From an uncultured virus (IMG/VR IMGVR_UViG_3300011242_000004) (taxonomy: Duplodnaviria; Heunggongvirae; Uroviricota; Caudoviricetes), in the IMG/VR virus record IMGVR_UViG_3300011242_000004: DNA of 64,000 bases, one strand, 5' to 3'. Of this stretch, positions 9,601 through 18,905 are shown piece by piece; positions within the stretch are counted from its first letter, which is position 1, and each line of letters opens with the position of its first letter. The position numbers and the translations under genes are program-made. Below the pieces are notes generated by a model, which worked only from the letters and a program-made list of their open reading frames with translations, ran no database searches and was not told the origin of the DNA.

Positions 9601-11282
9601 GCTACATTATGAATATTCAAAGTCGTATTGATGTAATGGTTATCAATCGGAAGGAACGGCGCTTTCTTGAATTGAGCAATCAATGTCCGCAATCCATCCA
9701 TATGGTAGTAGTACTTGACGCCATCAATCTCGTAAGCTTCTTCTTGTCTTCCATTGATGTCATCCATCCCGTGGAAATAGAGGTCTAACGTCAATGTCGT
9801 ATTCGCACTGCCGACACCTTTCATCATCGAGCTTTGTGTCCGAAGGGTTTTAATCTTTTCGATGTTGCCCATCCGTGCCATCGAAATCGAAAGCGGAGGA
9901 ACATCTAGTAAAACGTCACCAATCCGTACTTTATGGATGTAATCGAATGGTTCTTCGAGTGCATTTTCGTCATCAGACAATTTAACGGATTTGCTATAAA
10001 TTTTACCCTCTAGTACCCGGTCATCGTTGGGTACGACAAAATCCAATGCATTTGACACTTGTTCTTCATACCGCATCGCAAACATGTTTTCATCCAAAGA
10101 ATCTTTTTCTTTGTTCGGTGAGGTATTGTCGACATCACTTGGTTCTTTGTAATCTTTAGTGACTGGTTCCGTATATCCGACTTCAGCTCCCCAACCGCCT
10201 GTGTTAATACCATTGTCCGTCTGGTTTGGAGCATTGAACAAATCGTGTTGGAACAACGGCAGACGAGCGTCTTTCGAATATCGTTTTCCCAGTAATGTTT
10301 TGTTGATGTTTTTCCCTTTGCTATTTGGCTTCGTCATCTCAGCAAGGAACTTATCAACATCTTTAATCTTTGTACTGACTTGATAAAGCGTTCCTAGTGG
10401 GCGCTGACCATTACCAGAATCGGCTAAGGCTTTGTTCGTTTTCTTATTATACTGAAGAGCAATGATGACGAAAGCTTTTGAAGTCCCGGGTGTAATCATG
10501 TTCATTGTCGTATGTTTCGCTTCTTCTGCTACATCGAAGACGACATCGACGGTCACATCCCACATTGCCGCAAGCTCACTGTTTTCTTTGGCGCCGTACC
10601 CACCATCATAATCCTTTTTCGTTTCAGGACTATCAATCCCTAGGAAACGAACTGTGATTTCTTCGCCGACATCCATGAAGTATTTACCGACCATCTTCCC
10701 ACGCATCCGTTCATGCAGTGCTAGGATTTCAATGTCAGCCGTATCTCCATCGACGACTTTCTTTACTTCGCCATAGACAATGAATTGTTCTGGACCTGTT
10801 GTAATCGTTTCTTCTTCAGGAGCACTTGCGCCGCCTCCACCGCCGCCATCGTTGACGAGAGACATCAGTCCCATTACAGGTGCTTGTGGCGTTGAAACGA
10901 ATCCTTCTCCTGTGAATCCTTCAGAGAATGGGATGACTTCATCGACACTGAATTCTCGTGGTGTCACCTTCGAACGAAGAATCGTATTCAAGGTACGAGC
11001 CGTGACTTCAACAAGCCCCATTTGTTCTCCGATATACCGCACCATCGCTAGTCGTTTTGTTCCGTCTGGTATCATACTCATACCATATTCAAATGGATAT
11101 CCTTTAATATGTGGTTCTAGATGACTCAGTACCTGACGCAAACGGGGACCAGCGGGTGTTTGCCCGTTAGTCCCGATGCTTGTTGCGGTCAGTAGTTCGC
11201 CATTTAGAAGCATCACCAATCGCCATGCACTGTCTTCTGATGGCTTTTGAATTGATACAATCAACGCTTCAGTTGCGTTCAT
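3663..11282 (-). CDS. Giant virion protein (2539 aa): SNase-like nuclease, degenerate SLT, hydrophobic segment and C-terminal baseplate hub-like region
   Basis: VKKVVDGDT...VRFLGIDSPET (thermonuclease); IKAIMLLHS..GLMG..YNV (SLT-like); IGDPTVKPHD...VKSVTHHFSVDTGFVTSI (gp27/gpD hub-like end). Confidence 0.65.
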   Translation of the reverse strand: MNATEALIVSIQKPSEDSAWRLVMLLNGELLTATSIGTNGQTPAGPRLRQVLSHLEPHIKGYPFEYGMSMIPDGTKRLAMVRYIGEQMGLVEVTARTLNTILRSKVTPREFSVDEVIPFSEGFTGEGFVSTPQAPVMGLMSLVNDGGGGGGASAPEEETITTGPEQFIVYGEVKKVVDGDTADIEILALHERMRGKMVGKYFMDVGEEITVRFLGIDSPETKKDYDGGYGAKENSELAAMWDVTVDVVFDVAEEAKHTTMNMITPGTSKAFVIIALQYNKKTNKALADSGNGQRPLGTLYQVSTKIKDVDKFLAEMTKPNSKGKNINKTLLGKRYSKDARLPLFQHDLFNAPNQTDNGINTGGWGAEVGYTEPVTKDYKEPSDVDNTSPNKEKDSLDENMFAMRYEEQVSNALDFVVPNDDRVLEGKIYSKSVKLSDDENALEEPFDYIHKVRIGDVLLDVPPLSISMARMGNIEKIKTLRTQSSMMKGVGSANTTLTLDLYFHGMDDINGRQEEAYEIDGVKYYYHMDGLRTLIAQFKKAPFLPIDNHYINTTLNIHNVALHNLKIETVEDFPESLKATLTLSKFEVEAFMLPEPSLSSVMNYPLFRWYYQQAMQPIREDELPGRVYLEPINRVSNDFQFFVADENKLSFRQDAISKVNKMTPPDEYREQAKKKTSEAGKRMEDGKRSQKILGQYKRYTEVIKNRGTLFGINQVINPNGSGWSKEAFDTIYEGSTPNWEKGVQNSFFVSKEYFEWSKFMEHFEKMPSFMEAWEKEGKEAEGVFMMAFGDSENYKKFDSRYVLYKDGAPFKRADGTGYLVIPSTLKNRKILANVTEEEQNVLDEINDYEERYQALVEIVNSTEESVKMVPFDIPDLLPTGMSVIYENQFSSMQVELLDSPTLQYLGGQDPYIQLMFDGTEETVRAVNNMMLLVERYNRQYRQGIVSGFMDVENSILRLMGVKSVMPENISIDTVPGSPGRFQIMMTLCGFNRTQRRLERLQGVSAVMGDTKLNDRYVKNYSKEKDFAVLEYRMRSMEVYPDLELPTFDELNDVLKNDILKTGIKEYKNNQKQYFVDPDFYINSSNTLQQFIKEEIEDKTGFSVITYDNTGAKEGTTTKSKGFLDSELSSDFNSAFSITDKTVEMVPSDLTWKDKDEKKGNKKEKGENSLAKMANVELTGDVADYVKEDGKSKAPYHTPPSYEKWKKYSGNSKKSKKEYEDWAKSNKKNPSEADIWFYVMKKIVNVFGKGMLKMTKLDEEVIIQQVSGTRNSDWLEGSILNSPDVQMKYFYASSGKISKKGNFHYVNFGDDESFNGSVNKLYESIMDWDKFDLDWKKMKKVDSPNGEKNADLDNVTNLLNSTRWTREDGLQPIEGKDEWGVVKIPIHRLSGIIKAIMLLHSRWEVFNPAGKPVLSQGWRAGLMGYPLDIVKDKDQAERLFYDWKYNVDQSLALLHKHYIKASKQNDLRFKSRNLEWMVWQYGVAGQDKEVLPKKEKSSEEKSVTPRRLAPGNGYVNNVMSQWRKAYATTTPEGAPGIYAGGISTLIPEVFAKYAGMEGSLLKAFEGDKKSMIDLMINDLYYPLNIYKMQKSNDSLVDKYDDAKMKKKKQEARNQLQGMPAQKVQVAFFNHLGELKSKMEEVDKESLWEWGAWAAGGVLAVIGGALLGGPLGAAIALGVFAIGAGTAGVLDMATNSFSSRTNEVVDAYTDMTEQGDANANNRLVNRLSPEETHLQMYTDMIEYDKQGRLLRAFPTFQMFIVDEGKWMANYKMWDNLYGFNAIQSIDIYRSRKIAADTATITMTNMYSNLNGRRTDIMNDKAKMPSFFSNITWSQFLLGRPSEDYVQARKELYKSMYLQTGARIHLRMGYGSNVLNLPTVFNGTITEMDTSELVTLVCQGDGLELSNMISGDPDDNNKSFLRVMEPSETIGRLLTSKGGWLRDLISAQTDGEFYKDNPLGIAHFGAPIESPSGNFIPFNRDYGEAAQNIYSSNGIGNFDQWKNEKGENVNMWDVLTDFETFSSTNIFKFAQPGDEDNIIVKYYNNTVWDILQTFAYCSSDYIAAVMPFEMRSTVFFGKPHWGVAYRYDSTYEFDSATGEWTRKYDSEHRKPYMQMHLYNSHHNIISNNIKASEEGVYTNVIVSYDGHVTPVVQADNDIRIDKQKTIVVEADIVGRFPGDPTGTLEKWTSEGQALKYGHSAVRDYMKDMYKGHLLVIGDPTVKPHDAMYMNDSMVDMSGITLVKSVTHHFSVDTGFVTSIEPDAYVTNWDMEMLHHGKMGSAFGAKVAIATSAMASTWITKKVVQRSGVYKWLMDENGKGKPFVKEQISRFHTQNALDKMLEGKDMPDDLKDLAKKLRNAKTKAEVDTHYDDIKKALDKRLETLKATGDADVEVSKLRSEVKSLKKMVRIARTGKGAAKAASVAKAGLSVVKAGSIVNPISLLATAAFTVATETLFEMWRRKKQQTQCVTIFPLQYRGGELVAGINGHQGAVYGDVPSKADKFWNASFGDDEKEDTWYEYISATMNFLAGDSKEVEQKNAYEE

Positions 11283-11302
11283 GATGTGCTTCCTCCTGCC
11301 TG

Positions 11303-14300
11303 TTATTGGTTCATGGACTCATTCAGTTTCTGTTGAATCCATCGGTTACTAATTGTTTGCGTGTTGTCATTGATATTGACGTTCATGTCCATCTTCGTTC
11401 CAGACATTTGTTGAACCTCAGAGTTTACAATCCCAGCGAGTGCGTTATGGTCCATACCACCCATGCCACGTCCACTGATTTTTAAGATTGTGCTTTCTCC
11501 TTTAGGTGTAACCCTTGCTGTAGGTGAAGTCAACATTTGTTCCGGTGCCACGTCCACTTGTCGGGCTTCCTGTTGAGCTTCTGCTCCTTCTGGTGTTGGA
11601 CCCGAACGCATCATCGCCGATGCTCCCCAGATAGCGGCGAAACTGACTGCCATCGGAGAAGACGCCATCTTTTTGATGCCGTTAAAGACTTCGCTTGTGC
11701 CTGTCTTGACTTTACCCATCGCATCTCCCGCTGTCTCTGATAAGAATGAACCACCATTCTTCGAGATTTCATCGACGATGTTATAACGAGGACCTCCACC
11801 TAAGTCACCTTGAATCGAATCGAGCAAGTTGCTATGTTGCCCACGCTCCTTGAACGTGTTCGCAATATGCGCTTGGAAATCTTTTTTACGAGATTCGAAG
11901 TACTGTTCACCGTCTTTCATACCCTCTGTCAGAATCTCGTGGTGGCTACTTGTCGGCATGAAGGTTTCTCCGACTAAGGCACTCGCAAGTCGCTCTTCAG
12001 ATTTCATACCTGAAGACCGGTTAATCGCAAGCGCTGGGCTTTGCATCCCCCCACGTGCGGCTGTGAGCTCATGGGCTTGTCCTAATTGGTCGATACCTTC
12101 TCTTAAGATGTCTTGTTTTGAAATGGCTTGTCCATTAAAGTACTTATTTCCACCATCAAACATTCCTAAGTTTGAAAGTTCAGCATACAGCTTCTCTTGG
12201 TTTTCCGTCGTCGGGTTCTGCAAGAGACGGTAAATGTTTTCAACGTTTTCATGACGGCGTTGCATCCGTTCCCGGGCTTCAGCGTACACTTCTGCTTTTG
12301 CCATCGACGGGCTTTCAGCTTGGACTTCATTGACTAGTGTTTCAATGTTTACCTTTTTCGAAGAAATCAATTCCTGAGAAATCGTAGACCCGAAGTTTTG
12401 GACGATGAATTCATTTCGGCGTGCCGCTTGTTCATCAATCAACCCGTGGTTAACAAGTGCCTCTTGTGTCATCGAATGGAGTTCTCGCATCGATTCCCGT
12501 ACGTTATCAATCATACCGATAGAGCCTTTACCTTGACGAGCTTCCGTCGTCAGAATGTTTTCATCGATATTGACTTTGTATTTGAAGAAGTCGCTCGCTT
12601 TTTCTTCATCAAATCCTTGGGCAACCAATGTTTGGACGGTCACATCTTTCCCTTGTTGGTTCCCGACAATGATATCGTCAACACGCTTTTGAGCTGTCTT
12701 GAAATCAATGGCTTCTGCACCCTCAGAGTAGTTATGCGTCGTCATGTATGTTTTTGCTAAGTCTTCCCGGTACTCATTGATGATGGTAGCGGCTTGCTGT
12801 TCATTTCCTGATAAAGATAAGTCATGACGGTTCTTAACGACCTCGTGCCATTTCGCCGCATCCTTATCTTTATAGTGCGTTAGCATTCCGTTGATAACGT
12901 CACCATCGGTATCCCCTGCCATGACCTTCAATGTACCAACGGAAATGAGTGCCCGCCGGTCATCGTTTGCCATGTTGCCATCGACAACAAATCGTGTTGC
13001 TTGCATCGTCGAGTCATTGATGGTCGGATAACGGTTGGCATTTCCATACAGTGACATATTCTTTCCTTCCACATTGTGTGTTAAATCATCGAGAATAACA
13101 CTATGTAGGTTGTCGCCATGTTGCTCTATCATCGTTTGGGCTTCTTTTCCATAAATAGCTTGGGCGATGTTTTTCTCGTTCCCTTCAATCATTTCACTCA
13201 TACGGTTACGAGACATATAAACCGTGCTTTCTTTATACGGTCCGGTGTTTTTCCATTCGCCGTTTTCCATCGTAAAGTTCTCAAATGGGTTGACGGTCTG
13301 AACACGGAACTGAGCAGACATGTCCGCTTTTCCGACCATGAGTTTATTGATAAGTCCACCATCTCGTGCACTACTTGCAAACGTTGTCGTTTCTTGTTGA
13401 AGCGCTGTTACGCTCGCTTCGACATTTTGCATGATTTGTTGTTTGTGTTTTGCAAGCTCTTCTCCTTGGAGTGTTCCTTTTCCTAGGTTTTCAAACTCTT
13501 TTAAGTTGCGGTAAAGACCTAATTGTTTCTTTTGGATTTCAAGCATCATCGGCGCGGATTCATCCAGACGAGATAGTTTCGATGTATCAACGAGTTGAAC
13601 GAAACGGTTTTCGCCGAACTCTTCTGGTAACTTCATGTAACTGTTCCCTGAAGTAATCGAACCTAACTGTTTGTCTTCTCCATTGACTTTAACGGTACTG
13701 AGTTTATGACTCATGATGGTACCAGCATGGTCTTCAGCGATGAATGCCATATCCTTGGCTGTAATCTTACCTGTCTTGTCTAAGATTTTTGAATCAGCGT
13801 AATTGACACCACCGACATCATAGACACTGTTTACATCGTCAGCAACTGTTTTCCCAGAGAAGTCGATGACGGTATCTCCTGCTTTTGGCATATTATTGCC
13901 TTGCATTCCTGAGATGATTTCTCCAAAGATTTCTTTAGCAGGTTCACGAGAAGTTGAACTTGTATACAATTCATTTTGAAGCCATTTTGAATAGTCGGCA
14001 CCACCGGCAACGACGTCCCGTACTTCTCCGTTCACATGTTCCCCGTAGATGCTCTTGATGACATTCATCTCTTTCTTCCCGATACGCATCTTTTGACCAG
14101 TTGATTCATAACTGTAGATATCGTGTTTCCCGATACCATCGTTGACGATTTCAAATCCAGCTTCACTCCGGCGATTGAATCCTGTTTCTCGTCCCATCCG
14201 TTCATCGAATGCTAAGACTCGTTCTTTGCTTAGGTTTTGTGCATCGTATCCATTCTTATTCACGATGTTTCCATTCATGATGACGGCTCCATCTTGAATC

Positions 14301-17300
14301 GTATATTGCCCTTTCATCTTCAGTTCATCATCTAGTGCTGGGCGAAGCAAATCACCCATGACTTTGTCTTCTAGGCCGTTTTTGGAAAGGTCAGCAACAG
14401 TTAGACGACCACCATCATGTCCATGTCGCACAAGCGATTGATTGATGGCTTCTGAACGAGTTGTTGGGTCTGCTAGCAATTGCTTACGAATTTCGTCACT
14501 GTAAGTGTCAACAACAGAACGAAGGTATGTACCCCCCATGTTCTTTTTAACTTCTGGTTCAGGCATTAAGACTTTGATGTCATCAGACTTCGTGATATGT
14601 GCCATCAAGTCACTATCAATGAATTGCATCGTATGCCGTCCGCCACCTAGCGTAATGGCTTTAAAGCTTTGATTCGCTTTGTCGTATTCGTTAATAAGAA
14701 CACGTCCACTGTCTGCATCAAATCCTGTGATTTCAAAGTTCTGATGCCAGTTCTTATACTCCCCGGTCTCAATCGCCTTGAATTCGCCTTTGTCAGCGCT
14801 CATGATGCTTCCGACGGTGATGCGGTAGTTTCCGTTTTTCTCTTGGACCATACCCGCTTCTTGCAATTCTTTAAAACTAATCCCTTGTCCCGATTCGACT
14901 TTTAAGGCGCCTTCGGTTGTGAACAACCCTTTGTCTTCCATTAGCTTTTGAAGTTTTGGATTCAAGCGTCCTTGGATACCGACATCTACTGATTTCTGTT
15001 TCATTGTTCCTAGTGCTTCTTGAATCGAACTAGAGGCAAGCACCATCCCGTCATGCATCGACATCGAACTCACACGTTTTAGACGTGTTGCCATGTCTTC
15101 TAATTTTGCTAACTCTTTTGCTTCATCAGGAGATAGGTTCGTCTTCCGGCGTAGTTCATCAATCTTGCCATCGAGTTCTCGTTGAGCGGATTTAACAAGC
15201 GTGTTGACTTGCAATTCATTCGAAAGCCCTACACGGACATTCAAGTGACTGAATTCTTCTCCTTGAATCGCTTTAGCGGCATCCGTCGTCGTCAGCCCTT
15301 TCATCATCCGGTATGTTTGCGATTCATTGTTTGTGCTCGCAACACGTGACCGTACCATTTCCATTTCATTTGCATCTCCAGCAAGAGCCCGGTAATTCAA
15401 TGCTTTATTCAAGTTTTCCCGGGCTGTCGGGTTGAATTCACCAAACGCAAAGTATTGGCGGTTATCAACGAGCGACCGAATTCCGTTTCGAGCTTGTGCA
15501 TCCGATAAACCATGGTGCGACAATTGTCCTTTTCCATTCATGAAATTTTCGTTCATAAATCCTTCAATGTCCCGATGGAAATAGTTCTGTTCATCCAAGC
15601 CCATCGCTTGGAAGAAGCTGAGGTTTTCTTTGCCCATGCGTTCTTTGATGCGGTCTTGGTTGCTCAATTGGAACTTACTGCCTCGTGCGTTATACCAATG
15701 CTCTGCCATACCCGTGACGTCGATTTGCATCGCCCGGTTATGGTTGGCTAAGCGAGAGTTCCGTGCAAACTCTTTTTCAGGGTTTGCCGTGAACAAGGCA
15801 TGGTTCGTCACAAGTCCTTCTTGAATCCGTTGAATCTTACTATTGATGCGACCATGGACATCTAGGATATTCATCTCTCCACCAATTTCTTCACTTCGTT
15901 TCATTGCATTGTTCAATCGATTGGAGTGGCTTCCCATTTCATTGAAGAATTCATCGACAACGTTCGTGACTTGGAAGGTATTGTTTCTTCCGATTCCAGC
16001 ACTAAGTCGTCCGACGAATTGCCGTCCTCCGACTTCAATCGTGCCATCAGGGTTCATCATCGGAATTTCGAAGTGAGCCACTTGGTTTGACTTAATGGCA
16101 TCAGGAAGTGACATGTTCATCATCGACGATGCATGTTCTTTTTTCGATAACATCATCATCATTTTTCCCGTGTCATTATTGTAGTCGACACGCACCCCAA
16201 AGTTTTGTGCATAACTATTCGCTAAGTTGATGACTTTACTTTCAAACGATTGACCTGCTTTAATGTCTCTGCTTTGCCCAACAATCGAACTGATTTGTTG
16301 ACGGGGTAAGTTAATCAATCCACTCTTTTCTAATGCAAGACGTGCGCCTTTATTATGCTGTTCAATCTTTTCTTTGACCGTCTTTGGTACATTCAAAAAT
16401 ACATTGTCCACGACATTATATTTCGAGTACCCCCGGCTTTGTTCAATTGAAGACTGCACGACTTGTTCAAAGAATAGTTTCCCGTGTTGTCCATTGACCC
16501 CTGTCGTCATCAATTCATGTCCGACGCTTCCGATTGGTGATTTAGAGATAGCAGTTCCTTCGACATACTCTCGAATTGGTGCGGTCATCGCTTGGACTTT
16601 GGCATTGGTCCCGTTCGAAGATTTTGTTCCCACGCCCCCTTGTGCCGCCGCTGTCTGAACTTCCCGTGCAATTTTCTCGACATCATTGACCTCTAGATGT
16701 TTATGGGCATTGAAGCGGTCCATACCGATTTTTAAATATTCTTTTCGCATGTCAGCGTTGATGACACCCTTCTGTTCTAGCTGTTGTACCATTTCCAAGA
16801 ACATTTGTTTTTGTTGGCTCATTGGCACATTGCGACTCAGAATACTTTTGAGAGAGGAGATGAACGACGTTCGGTCGCTGACATTCAAATTACGGGTCTT
16901 CCCGTTCAATGTCATTTCCATCGTTTTGACACCCGGTGTCATGTACTTCTCTTTCTCACCTGTTCCCAATGCTTCCAGTTGGTCTTTGATTTTAGAAAGG
17001 GCATACGTCTCTTTGACTTTATCCCGGAAACGACCGCCCGGTTTTCCTTCTGCTGGGCGCACTGTATAATGAAAATCTTCTTTTTCAATCCGTTTGATGG
17101 CTTCATTCCAGATATCTCTTTCACTATCCAACCGTCCACGCATTCCTAGAACATTTTCTCCGTATCCTGTACCCACATGATACTTGGCATCCACGCCATC
17201 ATTGACAGCGTCTAGCGCGCTTCCTAAGGCGCTCTCGTGCAATTTAGGAGCATCCATCCCTGTCTTCGCTAACTCCGCCGCATGACGGTCGTAGGCATCA

Positions 17301-18853
17301 AGAAACGCATAGTTCTTTTTCAGACGGTCAATCCCTTTTCCTTCTTTTACATCGAACAACTTTTCATATTCCCGGCGTGCCCGGTCTTTCTCGTTCGTCT
17401 TCATTCGTTCGAGTTGACTCTGACGGGTCTTCGGGTCTTCCGTCACTTGCACTAAATTCTTTTGGAAGATGTTGGCGATATCATCAAACCTTTCCCGTAC
17501 AATCTGATGGTGATATCCTGTATCATGGTTCAACAACGTAATCCCGTATTGTTCCTTGCCTTCAATCATCATTTTTTGAACTTCGGAAACGACTTCGTAA
17601 TGGTTGTTTTTGTTCAGTGTCGCTGTGCGGAAATCCCGCGCCCGAATGAACTTGCCTTGTTTGTCTTTGTCATAGATGGCATCATATTTCCCATCTGAGC
17701 CTAGACCCCGGTTCGAATAATAGACTTGTCCCATTTCCACAGTATTTGCCGACAAACGTTTTAGTGATTGGATGGACTTCGTTTCTTTTCCATCTCGTAA
17801 CGCTTTCCCTAACAATGAAATGTTCATGTTGATATCGGCTAAGGCAAAGTGAGCTTGTTCCGACGAACGTCCTGTTAATTTTCGGTATAAGTTCCCTAAC
17901 GTCATGTTCCCGCCAAAATCTTGAAGAGGTGTTTCATAGAACGTACGGAAGAACTCTAATGTATCCAGTTGAGACCGTTGCATGTTCTGATGGAGACGGT
18001 CCAGTGCCTTGTACTGATTTGGACTATGTTTGAAACGTTCTTTCGTCGCACTCAATACATCGAGCATCGCTCGTTGGTCAAAGTTATGGACATTGTGTCC
18101 CGCTAAGACTGTTTTACTATCAACGAGTTTGTTGACGGCGAATAATGCCTTTTCAATTGGTGTCGCTTGTTTTAAATTATTAAATCCTCGTTCAATTTGA
18201 GAAATACCTTCTTTTGTACCTAATGCAACATCTTTAAATTTCGTTCCGTGACTTTCAAGGTATGTAAATCCATTTTCTTTTCGAATCTTTGCTCCTGTTC
18301 CGTATTGACTGATGTCAGCGAGACTTCGGCGCATATCATCGGATAAGCCTGTCCATCCCTTATCATGCAACATGTCAATGGCAGATTGAATCCGTTCCAT
18401 CGACTTTTGGTTCGGTGAAATTAAGAGCGACAACTGCTCCCCTGTTTCTTTCATGTCTGGACCTCGTACCGTCTTCATGGCAATCTCTGTGACGCTGAAG
18501 AAATCGGCGATGCCATTTTTCCCACGACGTACATCATTCGCCCGCATGAACTCAGGAGACCCAATCGTCTCAATATCCCAGACTCCGATTTTTGTATTTT
18601 TCCCGATACCTAATAACGCTTCATACGTCCCTTGTCCTGATGTGAACTTATCATGGGCATACCCTTCCATGTTTGCCCAAATCTTTTTAGCAGAAGTTGT
18701 CACTTCCCCTGTGTTCAGAATCCGTGCAACATCATCGGATGCTTTCAAGTATTCGGGGTCTTCCTCGAACCGGTTCTTGTTTTGTCCGATTCCTAAAATC
18801 GTATGAGAGTCTCCTGTTAAGGCATCTATTCGTTTGATGTTATCGTCTGCCAT
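11303..18853 (-). CDS. Putative virion RNA polymerase (two-barrel, DxDGD) with N-terminal DEDDh 3'-5' exonuclease
   Basis: Exo motifs WDIET, AGHNVHNFD and HFALAD. RNAP motifs NRYPT (13022-13036) and GDTDGD (DTDGD at 12899-12913). Start set at MADD (18853), after GGAGG. Confidence 0.7.
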   Translation of the reverse strand: MADDNIKRIDALTGDSHTILGIGQNKNRFEEDPEYLKASDDVARILNTGEVTTSAKKIWANMEGYAHDKFTSGQGTYEALLGIGKNTKIGVWDIETIGSPEFMRANDVRRGKNGIADFFSVTEIAMKTVRGPDMKETGEQLSLLISPNQKSMERIQSAIDMLHDKGWTGLSDDMRRSLADISQYGTGAKIRKENGFTYLESHGTKFKDVALGTKEGISQIERGFNNLKQATPIEKALFAVNKLVDSKTVLAGHNVHNFDQRAMLDVLSATKERFKHSPNQYKALDRLHQNMQRSQLDTLEFFRTFYETPLQDFGGNMTLGNLYRKLTGRSSEQAHFALADINMNISLLGKALRDGKETKSIQSLKRLSANTVEMGQVYYSNRGLGSDGKYDAIYDKDKQGKFIRARDFRTATLNKNNHYEVVSEVQKMMIEGKEQYGITLLNHDTGYHHQIVRERFDDIANIFQKNLVQVTEDPKTRQSQLERMKTNEKDRARREYEKLFDVKEGKGIDRLKKNYAFLDAYDRHAAELAKTGMDAPKLHESALGSALDAVNDGVDAKYHVGTGYGENVLGMRGRLDSERDIWNEAIKRIEKEDFHYTVRPAEGKPGGRFRDKVKETYALSKIKDQLEALGTGEKEKYMTPGVKTMEMTLNGKTRNLNVSDRTSFISSLKSILSRNVPMSQQKQMFLEMVQQLEQKGVINADMRKEYLKIGMDRFNAHKHLEVNDVEKIAREVQTAAAQGGVGTKSSNGTNAKVQAMTAPIREYVEGTAISKSPIGSVGHELMTTGVNGQHGKLFFEQVVQSSIEQSRGYSKYNVVDNVFLNVPKTVKEKIEQHNKGARLALEKSGLINLPRQQISSIVGQSRDIKAGQSFESKVINLANSYAQNFGVRVDYNNDTGKMMMMLSKKEHASSMMNMSLPDAIKSNQVAHFEIPMMNPDGTIEVGGRQFVGRLSAGIGRNNTFQVTNVVDEFFNEMGSHSNRLNNAMKRSEEIGGEMNILDVHGRINSKIQRIQEGLVTNHALFTANPEKEFARNSRLANHNRAMQIDVTGMAEHWYNARGSKFQLSNQDRIKERMGKENLSFFQAMGLDEQNYFHRDIEGFMNENFMNGKGQLSHHGLSDAQARNGIRSLVDNRQYFAFGEFNPTARENLNKALNYRALAGDANEMEMVRSRVASTNNESQTYRMMKGLTTTDAAKAIQGEEFSHLNVRVGLSNELQVNTLVKSAQRELDGKIDELRRKTNLSPDEAKELAKLEDMATRLKRVSSMSMHDGMVLASSSIQEALGTMKQKSVDVGIQGRLNPKLQKLMEDKGLFTTEGALKVESGQGISFKELQEAGMVQEKNGNYRITVGSIMSADKGEFKAIETGEYKNWHQNFEITGFDADSGRVLINEYDKANQSFKAITLGGGRHTMQFIDSDLMAHITKSDDIKVLMPEPEVKKNMGGTYLRSVVDTYSDEIRKQLLADPTTRSEAINQSLVRHGHDGGRLTVADLSKNGLEDKVMGDLLRPALDDELKMKGQYTIQDGAVIMNGNIVNKNGYDAQNLSKERVLAFDERMGRETGFNRRSEAGFEIVNDGIGKHDIYSYESTGQKMRIGKKEMNVIKSIYGEHVNGEVRDVVAGGADYSKWLQNELYTSSTSREPAKEIFGEIISGMQGNNMPKAGDTVIDFSGKTVADDVNSVYDVGGVNYADSKILDKTGKITAKDMAFIAEDHAGTIMSHKLSTVKVNGEDKQLGSITSGNSYMKLPEEFGENRFVQLVDTSKLSRLDESAPMMLEIQKKQLGLYRNLKEFENLGKGTLQGEELAKHKQQIMQNVEASVTALQQETTTFASSARDGGLINKLMVGKADMSAQFRVQTVNPFENFTMENGEWKNTGPYKESTVYMSRNRMSEMIEGNEKNIAQAIYGKEAQTMIEQHGDNLHSVILDDLTHNVEGKNMSLYGNANRYPTINDSTMQATRFVVDGNMANDDRRALISVGTLKVMAGDTDGDVINGMLTHYKDKDAAKWHEVVKNRHDLSLSGNEQQAATIINEYREDLAKTYMTTHNYSEGAEAIDFKTAQKRVDDIIVGNQQGKDVTVQTLVAQGFDEEKASDFFKYKVNIDENILTTEARQGKGSIGMIDNVRESMRELHSMTQEALVNHGLIDEQAARRNEFIVQNFGSTISQELISSKKVNIETLVNEVQAESPSMAKAEVYAEARERMQRRHENVENIYRLLQNPTTENQEKLYAELSNLGMFDGGNKYFNGQAISKQDILREGIDQLGQAHELTAARGGMQSPALAINRSSGMKSEERLASALVGETFMPTSSHHEILTEGMKDGEQYFESRKKDFQAHIANTFKERGQHSNLLDSIQGDLGGGPRYNIVDEISKNGGSFLSETAGDAMGKVKTGTSEVFNGIKKMASSPMAVSFAAIWGASAMMRSGPTPEGAEAQQEARQVDVAPEQMLTSPTARVTPKGESTILKISGRGMGGMDHNALAGIVNSEVQQMSGTKMDMNVNINDNTQTISNRWIQQKLNESMNQ

Positions 18854-18870
18854 CTTTGTTCCCTCCATAT

Positions 18871-18899
18871 AAAGAAAAGGGAGGAACCTTCCTCCCCTT
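18871..18899 (-). terminator. Intrinsic terminator
   Basis: GGGAGGAA-GG-TTCCTCCC hairpin followed by TTTTCTTT. Confidence 0.6.
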
Positions 18900-18905
18900 C
18901 TCGTA

